A stretch of DNA of 47,521 nt from a virus. Lineage: Duplodnaviria > Caudoviricetes. A program made the translations under genes and the position numbers. Positions 24,439-32,731 of the stretch are shown here, piece by piece. A model generated the notes under the pieces. It saw only the letters and a program-made list of their open reading frames with translations, did no database searches and was not told the DNA's origin. The stretch's first letter is position 1; the number at the start of each line of letters is the position of its first letter. The stretch covers positions 1 through 47,521 of the IMG/VR virus record IMGVR_UViG_3300005611_000049. One strand, given 5' to 3'.

Positions 24439-26195
24439 CAGCTTATGTCTTTGACATAGAAGCAAACGGTTTGCAGCCAACAGAAATATTTTGTTTGGTT
24501 GCAATGGACACTGAGACCGGAAAGACTTACGAGTACGGTCCAGATAAAATTGAAGAAGGAATAAAACTTTTACAAAAAGCAAACAAGCTAATCGGTCATA
24601 ATATTTTAGGGTATGATATACCTGTAATTAAAAACCTTACAGGTGTTGATCTTGATGACGGCAGTATTAATATTGTAGATACCCTAGTGCTTTCTCGACT
24701 GTTTAATCCAACACGAGAAGGCGGTCACGGTCTTGAGGGCTGGGGATATAGGCTCCGACACAGAAAGATTGAATACGATAACTTTGAATACTATACACCT
24801 GAGATGCTAACGTATTGTAAACAGGATGTGTCACTTAATTATAAAGTTTATCGACATCTTTCACGCACAGAGTCTGTTGGCTTTGGTCCTCAATGTATTA
24901 AACTAGAACACGAAGTGTATCGCATTCTTAATCTACAACGTGATAGAGGCTTTAAGCTAAATCAGCAACATGCGATGAGCCTTCTAGCAGAACTAAACGA
25001 AAAGATTAGTAAAGCTGAAAAGCGTGTGCATAAAACATTCAAGCCACGCGAAACATCTATTACTCTTGTTCCAACACTGACCAAAGCAGGTAAGGTTTCT
25101 AAGATGGCGCAAGTCAAAAACGAAACTAAAAAGGTCAGACTATCTGATGAAGAATACGAAAAAGCGTGTAAAAATCCAGACGAGCATCTTGTTCGTTGTG
25201 ATTCTGAACCTTTTAACCTTGGTTCTAGAAAACAAATTGGAGAATATCTCTTGGAGTTTGGCTGGAAGCCTACAAAATTTACGCCTACGGGACAGCCAAT
25301 TGTTGATGAAAAAGTTTTATCGCAAATAAAAGATATACCTGAAGCAGCTATCATCGCTGAGTATTTAATGCTTCAAAAGCGCATAGCTCAAATAAACTCT
25401 TGGTTTAAAGAGATGCAAGACGACGGACGCATTCGTGGATACGTTAATACTATCGGTGCTGTAACAGGACGCATGACTCACAGCAGCCCCAACATGGCAC
25501 AGATTCCAAGCACAAGCAGTCCTTACGGTAAAGAGTGTCGAGAATGTTGGACAGTCGAAGACAATTACAAACTGGTTGGTATTGATGCCAGCGGCTTAGA
25601 ATTACGTATGTTAGCTCACTACATGAACGATGAAGGGTTTACTTATGAATTACTCAACGGAGACATACACACAGCAAATCAAATGGCTGCAGGACTTGAA
25701 TCAAGACCTCAGGCAAAAACTTTTATCTATGCCCTCCTATACGGCGCAGGAGATGCAAAGCTTGGATCAGTGGTTGGAGGAGACGCAAAAGATGGTGGAA
25801 GACTTAGACAATCTTTCTTCGATAATCTCCCTGCATTCAAGGATCTTAAGGACAGAGTTGCACGAGCGTCTAAAAGAGGTTACCTCAAAGGCTTAGATAA
25901 ACGTAAGTTGTTTGTTCGTTCAGAACACGCTGCACTAAATACTTTGCTGCAGGGCGCTGGTGCAATTGTTATGAAGCAAGCACTAGTCAATCTACAAGAA
26001 AGTATTAAAGACTTAGATGCACACTTTGTTGCCAACGTCCACGATGAGTGGCAAATTGAAGCACATAAAGACATAGCAGATAAAGTAGGTGAGTTAGGTG
26101 TTGCTGCAATTGAACAAGCTGGTAGAGACTTTAATTTAAAGTGTGAGTTAACAGGAGAATACAATGTTGGAAACAGCTGGGCAGATACCCATTGA
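24435..26195 (+). CDS. polA: DNA polymerase family A with 3'-5' exonuclease (T7 gp5-like)
   Basis: Exonuclease FDIE, GHNILGYD and YCKQD; motif A DASGLELR, motif B KTFIYALLYG, motif C VHDE. Confidence 0.96.
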   Translation: MTAYVFDIEANGLQPTEIFCLVAMDTETGKTYEYGPDKIEEGIKLLQKANKLIGHNILGYDIPVIKNLTGVDLDDGSINIVDTLVLSRLFNPTREGGHGLEGWGYRLRHRKIEYDNFEYYTPEMLTYCKQDVSLNYKVYRHLSRTESVGFGPQCIKLEHEVYRILNLQRDRGFKLNQQHAMSLLAELNEKISKAEKRVHKTFKPRETSITLVPTLTKAGKVSKMAQVKNETKKVRLSDEEYEKACKNPDEHLVRCDSEPFNLGSRKQIGEYLLEFGWKPTKFTPTGQPIVDEKVLSQIKDIPEAAIIAEYLMLQKRIAQINSWFKEMQDDGRIRGYVNTIGAVTGRMTHSSPNMAQIPSTSSPYGKECRECWTVEDNYKLVGIDASGLELRMLAHYMNDEGFTYELLNGDIHTANQMAAGLESRPQAKTFIYALLYGAGDAKLGSVVGGDAKDGGRLRQSFFDNLPAFKDLKDRVARASKRGYLKGLDKRKLFVRSEHAALNTLLQGAGAIVMKQALVNLQESIKDLDAHFVANVHDEWQIEAHKDIADKVGELGVAAIEQAGRDFNLKCELTGEYNVGNSWADTH

Positions 26196-26514
26196 TTTTC
26201 AAGAAGAATCAACAATTACAGATAGTAATAGAAAAGGAGACCTAGCTGAATATTATGCGGTTACATGGTTATGGGATAATGGTTATGAAGTTTTTGTAAA
26301 TGCTGGATGTACTGGACCTATAGATATGGTCGCAGTAAAAAACGGAAAAACTATTTTAATTGATGTTAAAACTAGATTACATGATCCTAGATTTCCTAAA
26401 GCTAAAAGAAGCAGGGGCGGGACTAGAACTAAAGCTCAAAAAGAAATGGGTGTAGTAATATTAGCTTTTGATCCTGATACACGTAAACTATGGTGGGTGG
26501 ACCATAAAGAATGA
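26164..26514 (+). CDS. PD-(D/E)XK nuclease, Hjc/resolvase-like
   Basis: GDLAE...GYEVF...IDM...IDVKT. Confidence 0.7.
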   Translation: MLETAGQIPIDFQEESTITDSNRKGDLAEYYAVTWLWDNGYEVFVNAGCTGPIDMVAVKNGKTILIDVKTRLHDPRFPKAKRSRGGTRTKAQKEMGVVILAFDPDTRKLWWVDHKE

Positions 26515-27371
26515 AAACATTAGATACTTTAATACAAGACATATATTCTAGACTCGAAGGTCTTTCAACTGGAGAAGCATTAAATATCTCTGAAAAAGAA
26601 CTAGACTTAACTCTTTCGCGTATGAAAGAAAGCATACTTGCTTGGTCTAAACCACGAGAAGTTGACAATAGCTTTAGACTTCGAATGTCTAACATTGGTA
26701 GGCCTTTACGACAGCTGTGGTATGAAAGCCAAAGCTCTTCAGAACCACATGTTGTCAGCGGATCAACACAAATCAAGTTTCTTTATGGACATATTCTAGA
26801 AGAAATAGTCTTGATGTTAGTCCGAATGTCAGGCCACAAAGTTACATCAGAACAAAAAGAAATAGATGTTGACGGCATTAAAGGCCACATGGATTGTAAA
26901 ATAGACGGTGAAGTTGTAGACGTTAAAACAGCTTCAAAGTTTTCTTTTAATAAATTTAAAGATGGCTCACTGGTTAACAACGATCCTTTCGGCTATCTTG
27001 CACAGTTGTCTGGCTATGAAACTGCTGAAGAAACAAACGCTGGCGGCTTTCTTGTTATCAATAAAGAGAGCGGCGAGTTGTGTTTGTTTCGGCCTGACGA
27101 CCTTGAGAAGCCAAACGTAAAAGAAAAAATCGCAAAGGTCAAGGCAGCAATTGCCGTTGACACGCCTCCCGATAGATGTTATGCTCCCGTACCTGAAGGT
27201 AAAAAAGGCAACATGAAACTACCTTCTGGCTGTGCTTACTGTCCTTATAAGTTTGAGTGCTACTCAGACGCTAACGATGGCGAAGGGCTTAGAGCATTCA
27301 AATATTCTAATGGCCCTGTGTACTTTACTGAAGTTACCGTAGAGCCACGAGTTGAAGAGATTCTTTTATGA
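26511..27371 (+). CDS. Cas4/RecB-like PD-(D/E)XK exonuclease
   Basis: RMSNIG, GHMD, DVKTAS, YLAQL and C-terminal CAYC...C. Confidence 0.8.
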   Translation: MKTLDTLIQDIYSRLEGLSTGEALNISEKELDLTLSRMKESILAWSKPREVDNSFRLRMSNIGRPLRQLWYESQSSSEPHVVSGSTQIKFLYGHILEEIVLMLVRMSGHKVTSEQKEIDVDGIKGHMDCKIDGEVVDVKTASKFSFNKFKDGSLVNNDPFGYLAQLSGYETAEETNAGGFLVINKESGELCLFRPDDLEKPNVKEKIAKVKAAIAVDTPPDRCYAPVPEGKKGNMKLPSGCAYCPYKFECYSDANDGEGLRAFKYSNGPVYFTEVTVEPRVEEILL

Positions 27372-27676
27372 ATAGAAAAACAATTAAACAAATCAACAAA
27401 CAAGTTGGACCTATTCTTGTTGCTTGGTTAAAAACACTAGTCTCTGAAGAAGAAGCCAAGAAGATCACTTTAGATAATTACAAAGAACTTCTCCCTGATC
27501 AGACGCATGTTTTTGCCAACAACAAGTTTTTTCTTAGCATCTTTTCACCACGGTGGGTGCGTAAAAAACTAAAAGGTTTAGTGGCTCGACAGCCTTATAG
27601 ACCTATAAACTCATACACTTTAGAAGATATTAAAGCTGAGATGCAAACATGGAAAATGATAAACAGGGACTTTTAG
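27368..27676 (+). CDS. Hypothetical protein
   Basis: ORF track; ATGA overlap. Confidence 0.7.
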   Translation: MNRKTIKQINKQVGPILVAWLKTLVSEEEAKKITLDNYKELLPDQTHVFANNKFFLSIFSPRWVRKKLKGLVARQPYRPINSYTLEDIKAEMQTWKMINRDF

Positions 27677-27819
27677 TTCCCCTTGAAGTAATTATTCTTG
27701 GTTTTGCTGCACACTTTACTAACGGCAACGATGTTAATAGCGTTGAAGATGAAGCGCTTTTTGACCTGCAGGCTGCTCTAGAGCTAGAGATAGAACGAAG
27801 AGGAGTAGTAATACATTGA
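27649..27819 (+). CDS. Hypothetical protein (MENDKQGLLVPLE..., 56 aa)
   Basis: Translated by hand; fills the gap and overlaps both neighbours. Confidence 0.6.
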   Translation: MENDKQGLLVPLEVIILGFAAHFTNGNDVNSVEDEALFDLQAALELEIERRGVVIH

Positions 27820-28292
27820 GTAAAGAACCTAAAATACGGAAGGGCTACCGCAAGCGGAGGGTTGTGAGGCCACGAGAAAAAGATTTAGAGGCAGGGTATG
27901 ACTCACACTGGGAATATAAACTACACTCTGGACCTTTATCCAATTGGGACATACACACGACAAAGGTTGATTATGTTGTTGAACACACGTACCATGCAGA
28001 CTTTGTTAAAGTAATAGACGGTAAAACAATATTGCTTGAAGCCAAGGGACGTTTTTGGGATGCACCCGAATACACTAAATATGTGTGGATAAACAAATCT
28101 TTACCCAAAAATTACGAGCTAGTCTTTTTGTTTTCTGACCCTAATGCGCCGATGCCTCAAGCTAAAAGGCGTACAGACGGAACAAAAAGGTCCCACGCAG
28201 AGTGGGCAAGCTCAAAAGGATTTAGATGGTATAGTGAAGAATCACTACCTGATGAATGGATTGATAAGGACTACAAAGAAGAAGGACTATGA
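27816..28292 (+). CDS. Endonuclease I (T7 gp3-like junction resolvase)
   Basis: YDSHWE, YHADF, LEAKGRF and LVFLF motifs; TTG start with AGGAG. Confidence 0.8.
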   Translation: MSKEPKIRKGYRKRRVVRPREKDLEAGYDSHWEYKLHSGPLSNWDIHTTKVDYVVEHTYHADFVKVIDGKTILLEAKGRFWDAPEYTKYVWINKSLPKNYELVFLFSDPNAPMPQAKRRTDGTKRSHAEWASSKGFRWYSEESLPDEWIDKDYKEEGL

Positions 28293-28423
28293 TAGATCGT
28301 AAACAAGAACGCTCTGATAAGTTTAATCGTAAAAAAAAATTTAAACAAAAAGGAGAAGCACCTCCTAGAAAAAGAAAAGAAAATGGAATCTCCTTGCGTG
28401 AAAGAATGCAAATTAGTGAATGA
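28289..28423 (+). CDS. Small basic protein (MIDRKQERSDKFNRKKK..., 44 aa)
   Basis: Translated by hand; ATGA overlap. Confidence 0.55.
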   Translation: MIDRKQERSDKFNRKKKFKQKGEAPPRKRKENGISLRERMQISE

Positions 28424-28523
28424 TAAATGCTTAGGCTGCGGCAGAACAAAAGAGCAAATTATTAATTGGACAAAATATACTGATGAAAAAAGGAGTAGAA
28501 TTATTGAAATGCTACGTTTGTAA
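28383..28523 (+). CDS. DUF1289-like Cys4 protein (46 aa)
   Basis: Translated by hand: MESPCVKECKLVNDKCLGCGRTKEQIINWTKY. Confidence 0.75.
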   Translation: MESPCVKECKLVNDKCLGCGRTKEQIINWTKYTDEKRSRIIEMLRL

Positions 28524-28656
28524 TTCTGAATTAATTTGGAGTGGCGACATAGACTCTAAAGACATGGACGATAACGATATAATCGAAACAACATTGAACT
28601 GTAGTTTTTGTGATGCTATAGTAGTTGTTTTTCAACCAACCGAAAAGGAAAACTAA
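28504..28656 (+). CDS. Small Zn-ribbon protein (MKCYVCNSELIWSGD...CSFC, 50 aa)
   Basis: TTG start with AGGAG RBS; two CxxC motifs; TAATG coupling to nrdJ. Confidence 0.7.
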   Translation: MKCYVCNSELIWSGDIDSKDMDDNDIIETTLNCSFCDAIVVVFQPTEKEN

Positions 28657-30527
28657 TGGACTTGTACCAACAATATATCCACAAATCACGTTATGCTAGA
28701 TACTTACCAGATGAACAGCGGCGTGAAACGTGGGAAGAAACAATTGACCGATATCTTAATTTTTGGATTGAAAAGGGCAAGATTACCCTTGAAGAAGCTA
28801 ACGGAATGTTTGCAGATATTCACGACTTAAATGTTATGCCATCAATGCGAGCGCTTATGACAGCTGGAGAAGCCCTTAATCGTGATAACGTAGCAGGATT
28901 TAATTGTAGTTATTTACCAATCGACCACCCAAAAGCATTTGACGAAATGATGTACGTGCTTATGTGTGGAACTGGCGTAGGCTTTAGTGTTGAGCGTCAA
29001 TATATTAGTAAACTACCAGAAGTAGCAGAGGAATTTCATGAAACAGATACCGTTATACATGTCGCCGACAGTAAAATTGGATGGGCTAAAGCTTACAGAG
29101 AACTTGTTAGCTTGCTCTATTCGGGCCAACTTCCAAAATGGGACATCAGTGGAGTACGACCTGCAGGGTCATCCCTTAAAACCTTCGGAGGTAGAGCGTC
29201 TGGTCCGGATCCTCTTGTTGACCTGTTTAAATTTACCACAGAAATCTTTAGGGAGGCTGCTGGACGTAAGCTTTCCTCCATCGAGTGTCACGATATCTGC
29301 TGTAAGATTGCACAGATCGTCGTCGTCGGGGGAGTTAGAAGATCCGCTCTCATCAGTCTCAGTAACCTCACTGACGATCGAATCCGACGAGCCAAATCAG
29401 GCCAATGGTGGCAAGATAATCCTCAGCGAGGACTAGCAAACAACAGTGCGTGTTATACAGAGAAACCTGATTTTGAGGCATTTTTAAATGAGTGGAAAAG
29501 TTTATACGAGTCCCGCTCTGGAGAACGAGGAGTCTTCTCTAGGGTTGCAAGTCAAAAACAAGCTGCAAAAAACGAGCGACGAGACGCTACCTATGATTTT
29601 GGAACTAATCCATGCAGCGAAATTATCCTCCGACCCTACCAGTTCTGCAATCTGTCGGAGGTTGTCGTCAGGTCAACCGATACGTTGTCAGACCTCAAAC
29701 GAAAAGTACGTGTTGCGACTATCCTTGGAACTTTACAAGCTACCCTCACAAACTTTAGGTATTTGAGAAAGGTCTGGCAAAATAACACTGAAGAAGAAGC
29801 GTTGTTGGGAGTGAGTCTTACAGGCATCATGGACCATGCAACTCTATCAGGAAGGAGAGACAAAGGTGTTCTTAAAACTTGGCTCACAGAACTTAAAGAA
29901 GAAGCTATTGAAACTAACAAGCATTGGGCTGCAAAGCTTGGTATTAATGTCAGCACTGCTATTACTGCTGTTAAACCTTCCGGTACTGTTAGTCAGCTGG
30001 TTGATTCTGCATCTGGTATCCACCCTCGATATGCAGATCAGTACATTAGACGAGTTAGAGCAGACGCAAGAGACCCACTCTGCCAAGTCCTTGAACAGGC
30101 TGGAATCCCCGTAGAAGACGACATAATGTCACCCACTACCAAGGTATTCAGCTTCCCCATAAAATCTCCTGAAGGAGCTGTGGTAGCGTCTGAGATGGGT
30201 GCTATGGAGCAGTTAGAACTGTGGGAGATTTATCAAGACTTTTGGTGCGAACACAAGCCCTCCATGACGTGTTATTATCGTGATGAAGAATTCTTGGAAG
30301 TAGGCCAGTGGCTATACAATAAGTTTGATAAGATTAGCGGTATTAGTTTCTTGCCTTACTCTGAACATACTTATCAGCAAGCACCCTATGAGCCTTTTAG
30401 CGAAGAAGAGTACAACGAAATGGTTGCTAACTTTCCTACTGAAATATCTTGGGACATAACAGAAAGCAGTGACATGACTGAAGGTTCACAGACTTTAGCT
30501 TGCACAGGCAACAACTGCGAGATATAA
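28656..30527 (+). CDS. nrdJ: Class II (adenosylcobalamin-dependent) ribonucleotide reductase
   Basis: PSMRAL, FNCSY, GTGVGFS, GGVRRSA, TNPCSEI, KPSGT and C-terminal C....C; no beta subunit nearby. Confidence 0.93.
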   Translation: MDLYQQYIHKSRYARYLPDEQRRETWEETIDRYLNFWIEKGKITLEEANGMFADIHDLNVMPSMRALMTAGEALNRDNVAGFNCSYLPIDHPKAFDEMMYVLMCGTGVGFSVERQYISKLPEVAEEFHETDTVIHVADSKIGWAKAYRELVSLLYSGQLPKWDISGVRPAGSSLKTFGGRASGPDPLVDLFKFTTEIFREAAGRKLSSIECHDICCKIAQIVVVGGVRRSALISLSNLTDDRIRRAKSGQWWQDNPQRGLANNSACYTEKPDFEAFLNEWKSLYESRSGERGVFSRVASQKQAAKNERRDATYDFGTNPCSEIILRPYQFCNLSEVVVRSTDTLSDLKRKVRVATILGTLQATLTNFRYLRKVWQNNTEEEALLGVSLTGIMDHATLSGRRDKGVLKTWLTELKEEAIETNKHWAAKLGINVSTAITAVKPSGTVSQLVDSASGIHPRYADQYIRRVRADARDPLCQVLEQAGIPVEDDIMSPTTKVFSFPIKSPEGAVVASEMGAMEQLELWEIYQDFWCEHKPSMTCYYRDEEFLEVGQWLYNKFDKISGISFLPYSEHTYQQAPYEPFSEEEYNEMVANFPTEISWDITESSDMTEGSQTLACTGNNCEI

Positions 30528-30528
30528 T

Positions 30529-30705
30529 ATGAGCGCATGGCATGGCGGGAAGGGTTCGTCCCCCCGTCAAGTAAACAAAGAAAAGTTTGACTCAAACTGG
30601 GATAGAATTTTTAAGGATAAAAAAGATGTTGAATCCAACTCAAATACTAAAAACAATGAAAAGTTATTACGAAGCAGACATAAAGAAACACGCAATGGCA
30701 ATTGA
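30529..30705 (+). CDS. Small protein MSAWHGGKGSSPRQVNKEKFDSNWDRIF... (58 aa)
   Basis: Translated by hand; starts 1 nt after the nrdJ stop. Confidence 0.7.
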   Translation: MSAWHGGKGSSPRQVNKEKFDSNWDRIFKDKKDVESNSNTKNNEKLLRSRHKETRNGN

Positions 30706-30853
30706 AGTTATTATCAGTAATCCTATGGCCTTTCACGATCATGACGCTTTCTATGAAGCAATTGAGTCGCAATTAAAGTTATTGATGGAGTCTAAAGACT
30801 ATCTTGATGGGCTTGACATTGTTCGCGTTGAAATGGAAACACGCAGTGGCTAA
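30626..30853 (+). CDS. Hypothetical protein (MLNPTQILK...)
   Basis: AAGGA RBS; start reassigned. Confidence 0.7.
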   Translation: MLNPTQILKTMKSYYEADIKKHAMAIEVIISNPMAFHDHDAFYEAIESQLKLLMESKDYLDGLDIVRVEMETRSG

Positions 30854-31079
30854 CAAGGGGGAAGGAAATTTGATAGGTTTTAGAATTTTCTTTGATAGTA
30901 CAGGCAACCTGATGACAGAATATAGCTCTGTGCCTGAAAAAGAAATTAGAAAGGTGTTTAAAGAGCCTGAAGAACAGAAGATTGTTTCTAAAGTTCTTCA
31001 GGAAGCACGATACCATTTAGAAGGTATACATGAAAAAATAGAAAAAGAGCTTGATGCTCTTAACACTAAGACTTTTTAG
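30846..31079 (+). CDS. Hypothetical protein (ANKGEGNLIGFRI...), last gene of the plus arm
   Basis: ORF track 30804..31079; the GTG at 30846 is the more plausible start. Confidence 0.65.
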   Translation: MANKGEGNLIGFRIFFDSTGNLMTEYSSVPEKEIRKVFKEPEEQKIVSKVLQEARYHLEGIHEKIEKELDALNTKTF

Positions 31080-31317
31080 ACCTATATCTACGTGTTTTCT
31101 GGGCAACCTTCTTCGGCTGTTTGCTATGCTGCTTGCCCTTTTTAGTATCTTCACGTTTCTTTCGAGTAGTGGCTGCATATTCTTTAGCTGACAAAGCCTT
31201 AATAGCCTTTTCAGGTAAGTAACGCTCACCTGTTTTGCTAGACTTTTTGCCGGACCTAGTACGCCACTTTTGTTTTGTCCAAGCCTTAAGAGACTTTTGA
31301 GGTTTTTTAAGAGGCAT
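31066..31317 (-). CDS. Basic protein, C-terminal half of DUF5872-like domain
   Basis: QKSLKAWTKQKWRT...ERYLPEKA. Confidence 0.7.
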   Translation of the reverse strand: MPLKKPQKSLKAWTKQKWRTRSGKKSSKTGERYLPEKAIKALSAKEYAATTRKKREDTKKGKQHSKQPKKVAQKTRRYRSKKS

Positions 31318-31505
31318 TATTTATATCCTCCACCTGCGGCTTTGTATTCTTTAGCAAGCATTTGGGCTTTACGGGCTGACCATTGACCAGCCTTACCACC
31401 TTTAGAACCTGCTTTTATTTTATTGAAGAGGCGTTTACGCATAGCAGGCTTAGTATAATTACCAGCCTGATTTACCTTTGATTTAGTTTTCTTTTTAACG
31501 GGCAT
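31317..31505 (-). CDS. Basic protein, N-terminal half of DUF5872-like domain
   Basis: YTKP..RKRL...GGKAGQWSARKAQMLAKEYKAAGGGY. Confidence 0.7.
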   Translation of the reverse strand: MPVKKKTKSKVNQAGNYTKPAMRKRLFNKIKAGSKGGKAGQWSARKAQMLAKEYKAAGGGYK

Positions 31506-31551
31506 AGCTGTCCTCTAAAATTTCTTCAATTCTGCATCGTATCTTACGCAT
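31495..31551 (-). CDS. Possible 18-aa peptide MRKIRCRIEEILEDSYAR
   Basis: Strong TAGGAG RBS 7 nt before the ATG; overlaps the start of the next gene. Confidence 0.35.
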   Translation of the reverse strand: MRKIRCRIEEILEDSYAR

Positions 31552-31597
31552 TGTATTTCTCCTAACGTCGTCACGACGTGCTATAGCCTCACGGCTG

Positions 31598-31630
31598 AAA
31601 AGATTGGGGAGAGCTTTTAAACATCTCCCC
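31598..31630 (-). terminator. Possible terminator hairpin after the Arg-rich gene
   Basis: GGGGAGA-11 nt loop-TCTCCCC-AATCTTTT; imperfect U-tract. Confidence 0.45.
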
Positions 31631-31638
31631 GTTTAGTT

Positions 31639-32004
31639 TTATCTGCCTCGCATGTTACGACGCGAAGCTGCTGGGCGACTCTGGCGACGTTCGCGACGTT
31701 GCGCAGGAGTCATGCCTTGCAAAGTCTTCATATTAGCTTGACGGCGTTGTCGTTGTGCAGGAGTCATGCTTGCTAATTTAGCTTTGCGGCGTTGTTGCTG
31801 TGCAGCTGTACGTCCACCGCCAGTAACAGCTACTTGGGCTTTTTGTGCAGATAAAGGGCTTCTAGCTTTACGACGTGAAGGTGGTGGCATTCCGCCTGCT
31901 ACAGGACCGCTACGCCCACTTTTTGCTCGAAGCTGCTTACCTCCGGGACCGCCAGCTTGCATCTGGCCTCCGGGAGTCTTTTTCTTTTTTTGCGGTTTCA
32001 TCAT
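31639..32004 (-). CDS. Arg/Gln-rich disordered basic protein
   Basis: AAGGAG RBS; MTPAQR repeated twice; essentially no acidic residues. Confidence 0.7.
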   Translation of the reverse strand: MMKPQKKKKTPGGQMQAGGPGGKQLRAKSGRSGPVAGGMPPPSRRKARSPLSAQKAQVAVTGGGRTAAQQQRRKAKLASMTPAQRQRRQANMKTLQGMTPAQRRERRQSRPAASRRNMRGR

Positions 32005-32020
32005 GGTTAAAAATCTCCTT

Positions 32021-32311
32021 TTACCATTTAACTTTATCAGCCCAGTAAGCCGCTGACATTTTTCCTCGTTTAATGTTCTTAGCGTGTCTAGCTTTGAACG
32101 ATGCTCTTTTCTTTTTCATGCGCTCTGATTCGCCCGGCTTTGGTTTGCCTGCAGTCTTCGCGCCTTTCTGACCAAAGCGTATTGTTTTAACTTTGTCGCC
32201 TTCTTTTGCAACCACGATGTGCGACTTTGTTTTGTGGCTAGGTGTGCGTTTCGGTTTGTTATAACCACTTACTCCTGCCCTTTCCAGCCTTGGATCTTTT
32301 TTCTTAGACAT
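32021..32311 (-). CDS. Conserved basic phage protein
   Basis: KTIRFGQKG...RASFKARH...SAAYWADKVKW. Confidence 0.75.
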   Translation of the reverse strand: MSKKKDPRLERAGVSGYNKPKRTPSHKTKSHIVVAKEGDKVKTIRFGQKGAKTAGKPKPGESERMKKKRASFKARHAKNIKRGKMSAAYWADKVKW

Positions 32312-32729
32312 CTATTTCTCCAGTACGAATCATGTTTGTCACCTCTATTGCTCTTCGACCCACTTGGGTAGCCCATTTGCTGTCTAAAAATTCTTCTGCA
32401 GCTTTGTCGTAGTTATGTATTGACATTGCTGCCAAAGCTTTTTTAAATTTTCGAAGCTTTGTAAGCCCTAGATTAAAGCATAGGTTTATCATTGCTTCGC
32501 GTCTAACCATATTTAAATCTTTAAACCAAAAAAAGGCTGCTTCAAGTTCTTCTATACAACGTGTAATATCATTCATAAGAAGATAGTCTACTTCATCGTG
32601 TGTAAGTCCCAAACCAACACCCATCTTTATACAACGTCCAACGCCAATGGTTTCGTAGCCAAGGTGGTCTTTATAAACATAATACTTGACACCTTCGTGG
32701 CGCTTTAAAGTTTCCATGAGTCTTTGCAA
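32304..32729 (-). CDS. Phage lysozyme (T4-like / GH24)
   Basis: LKRHEG...YKDHLGYETIGVG (E-D-T triad) and SKWATQVGRRA. Confidence 0.88.
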   Translation of the reverse strand: MQRLMETLKRHEGVKYYVYKDHLGYETIGVGRCIKMGVGLGLTHDEVDYLLMNDITRCIEELEAAFFWFKDLNMVRREAMINLCFNLGLTKLRKFKKALAAMSIHNYDKAAEEFLDSKWATQVGRRAIEVTNMIRTGEIDV

Positions 32730-32731
32730 TT

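Noticed and set aside
24435-30527. Introns or inteins in polA or nrdJ
   Set aside because: Both ORFs are continuous and compact, with no splicing motifs.
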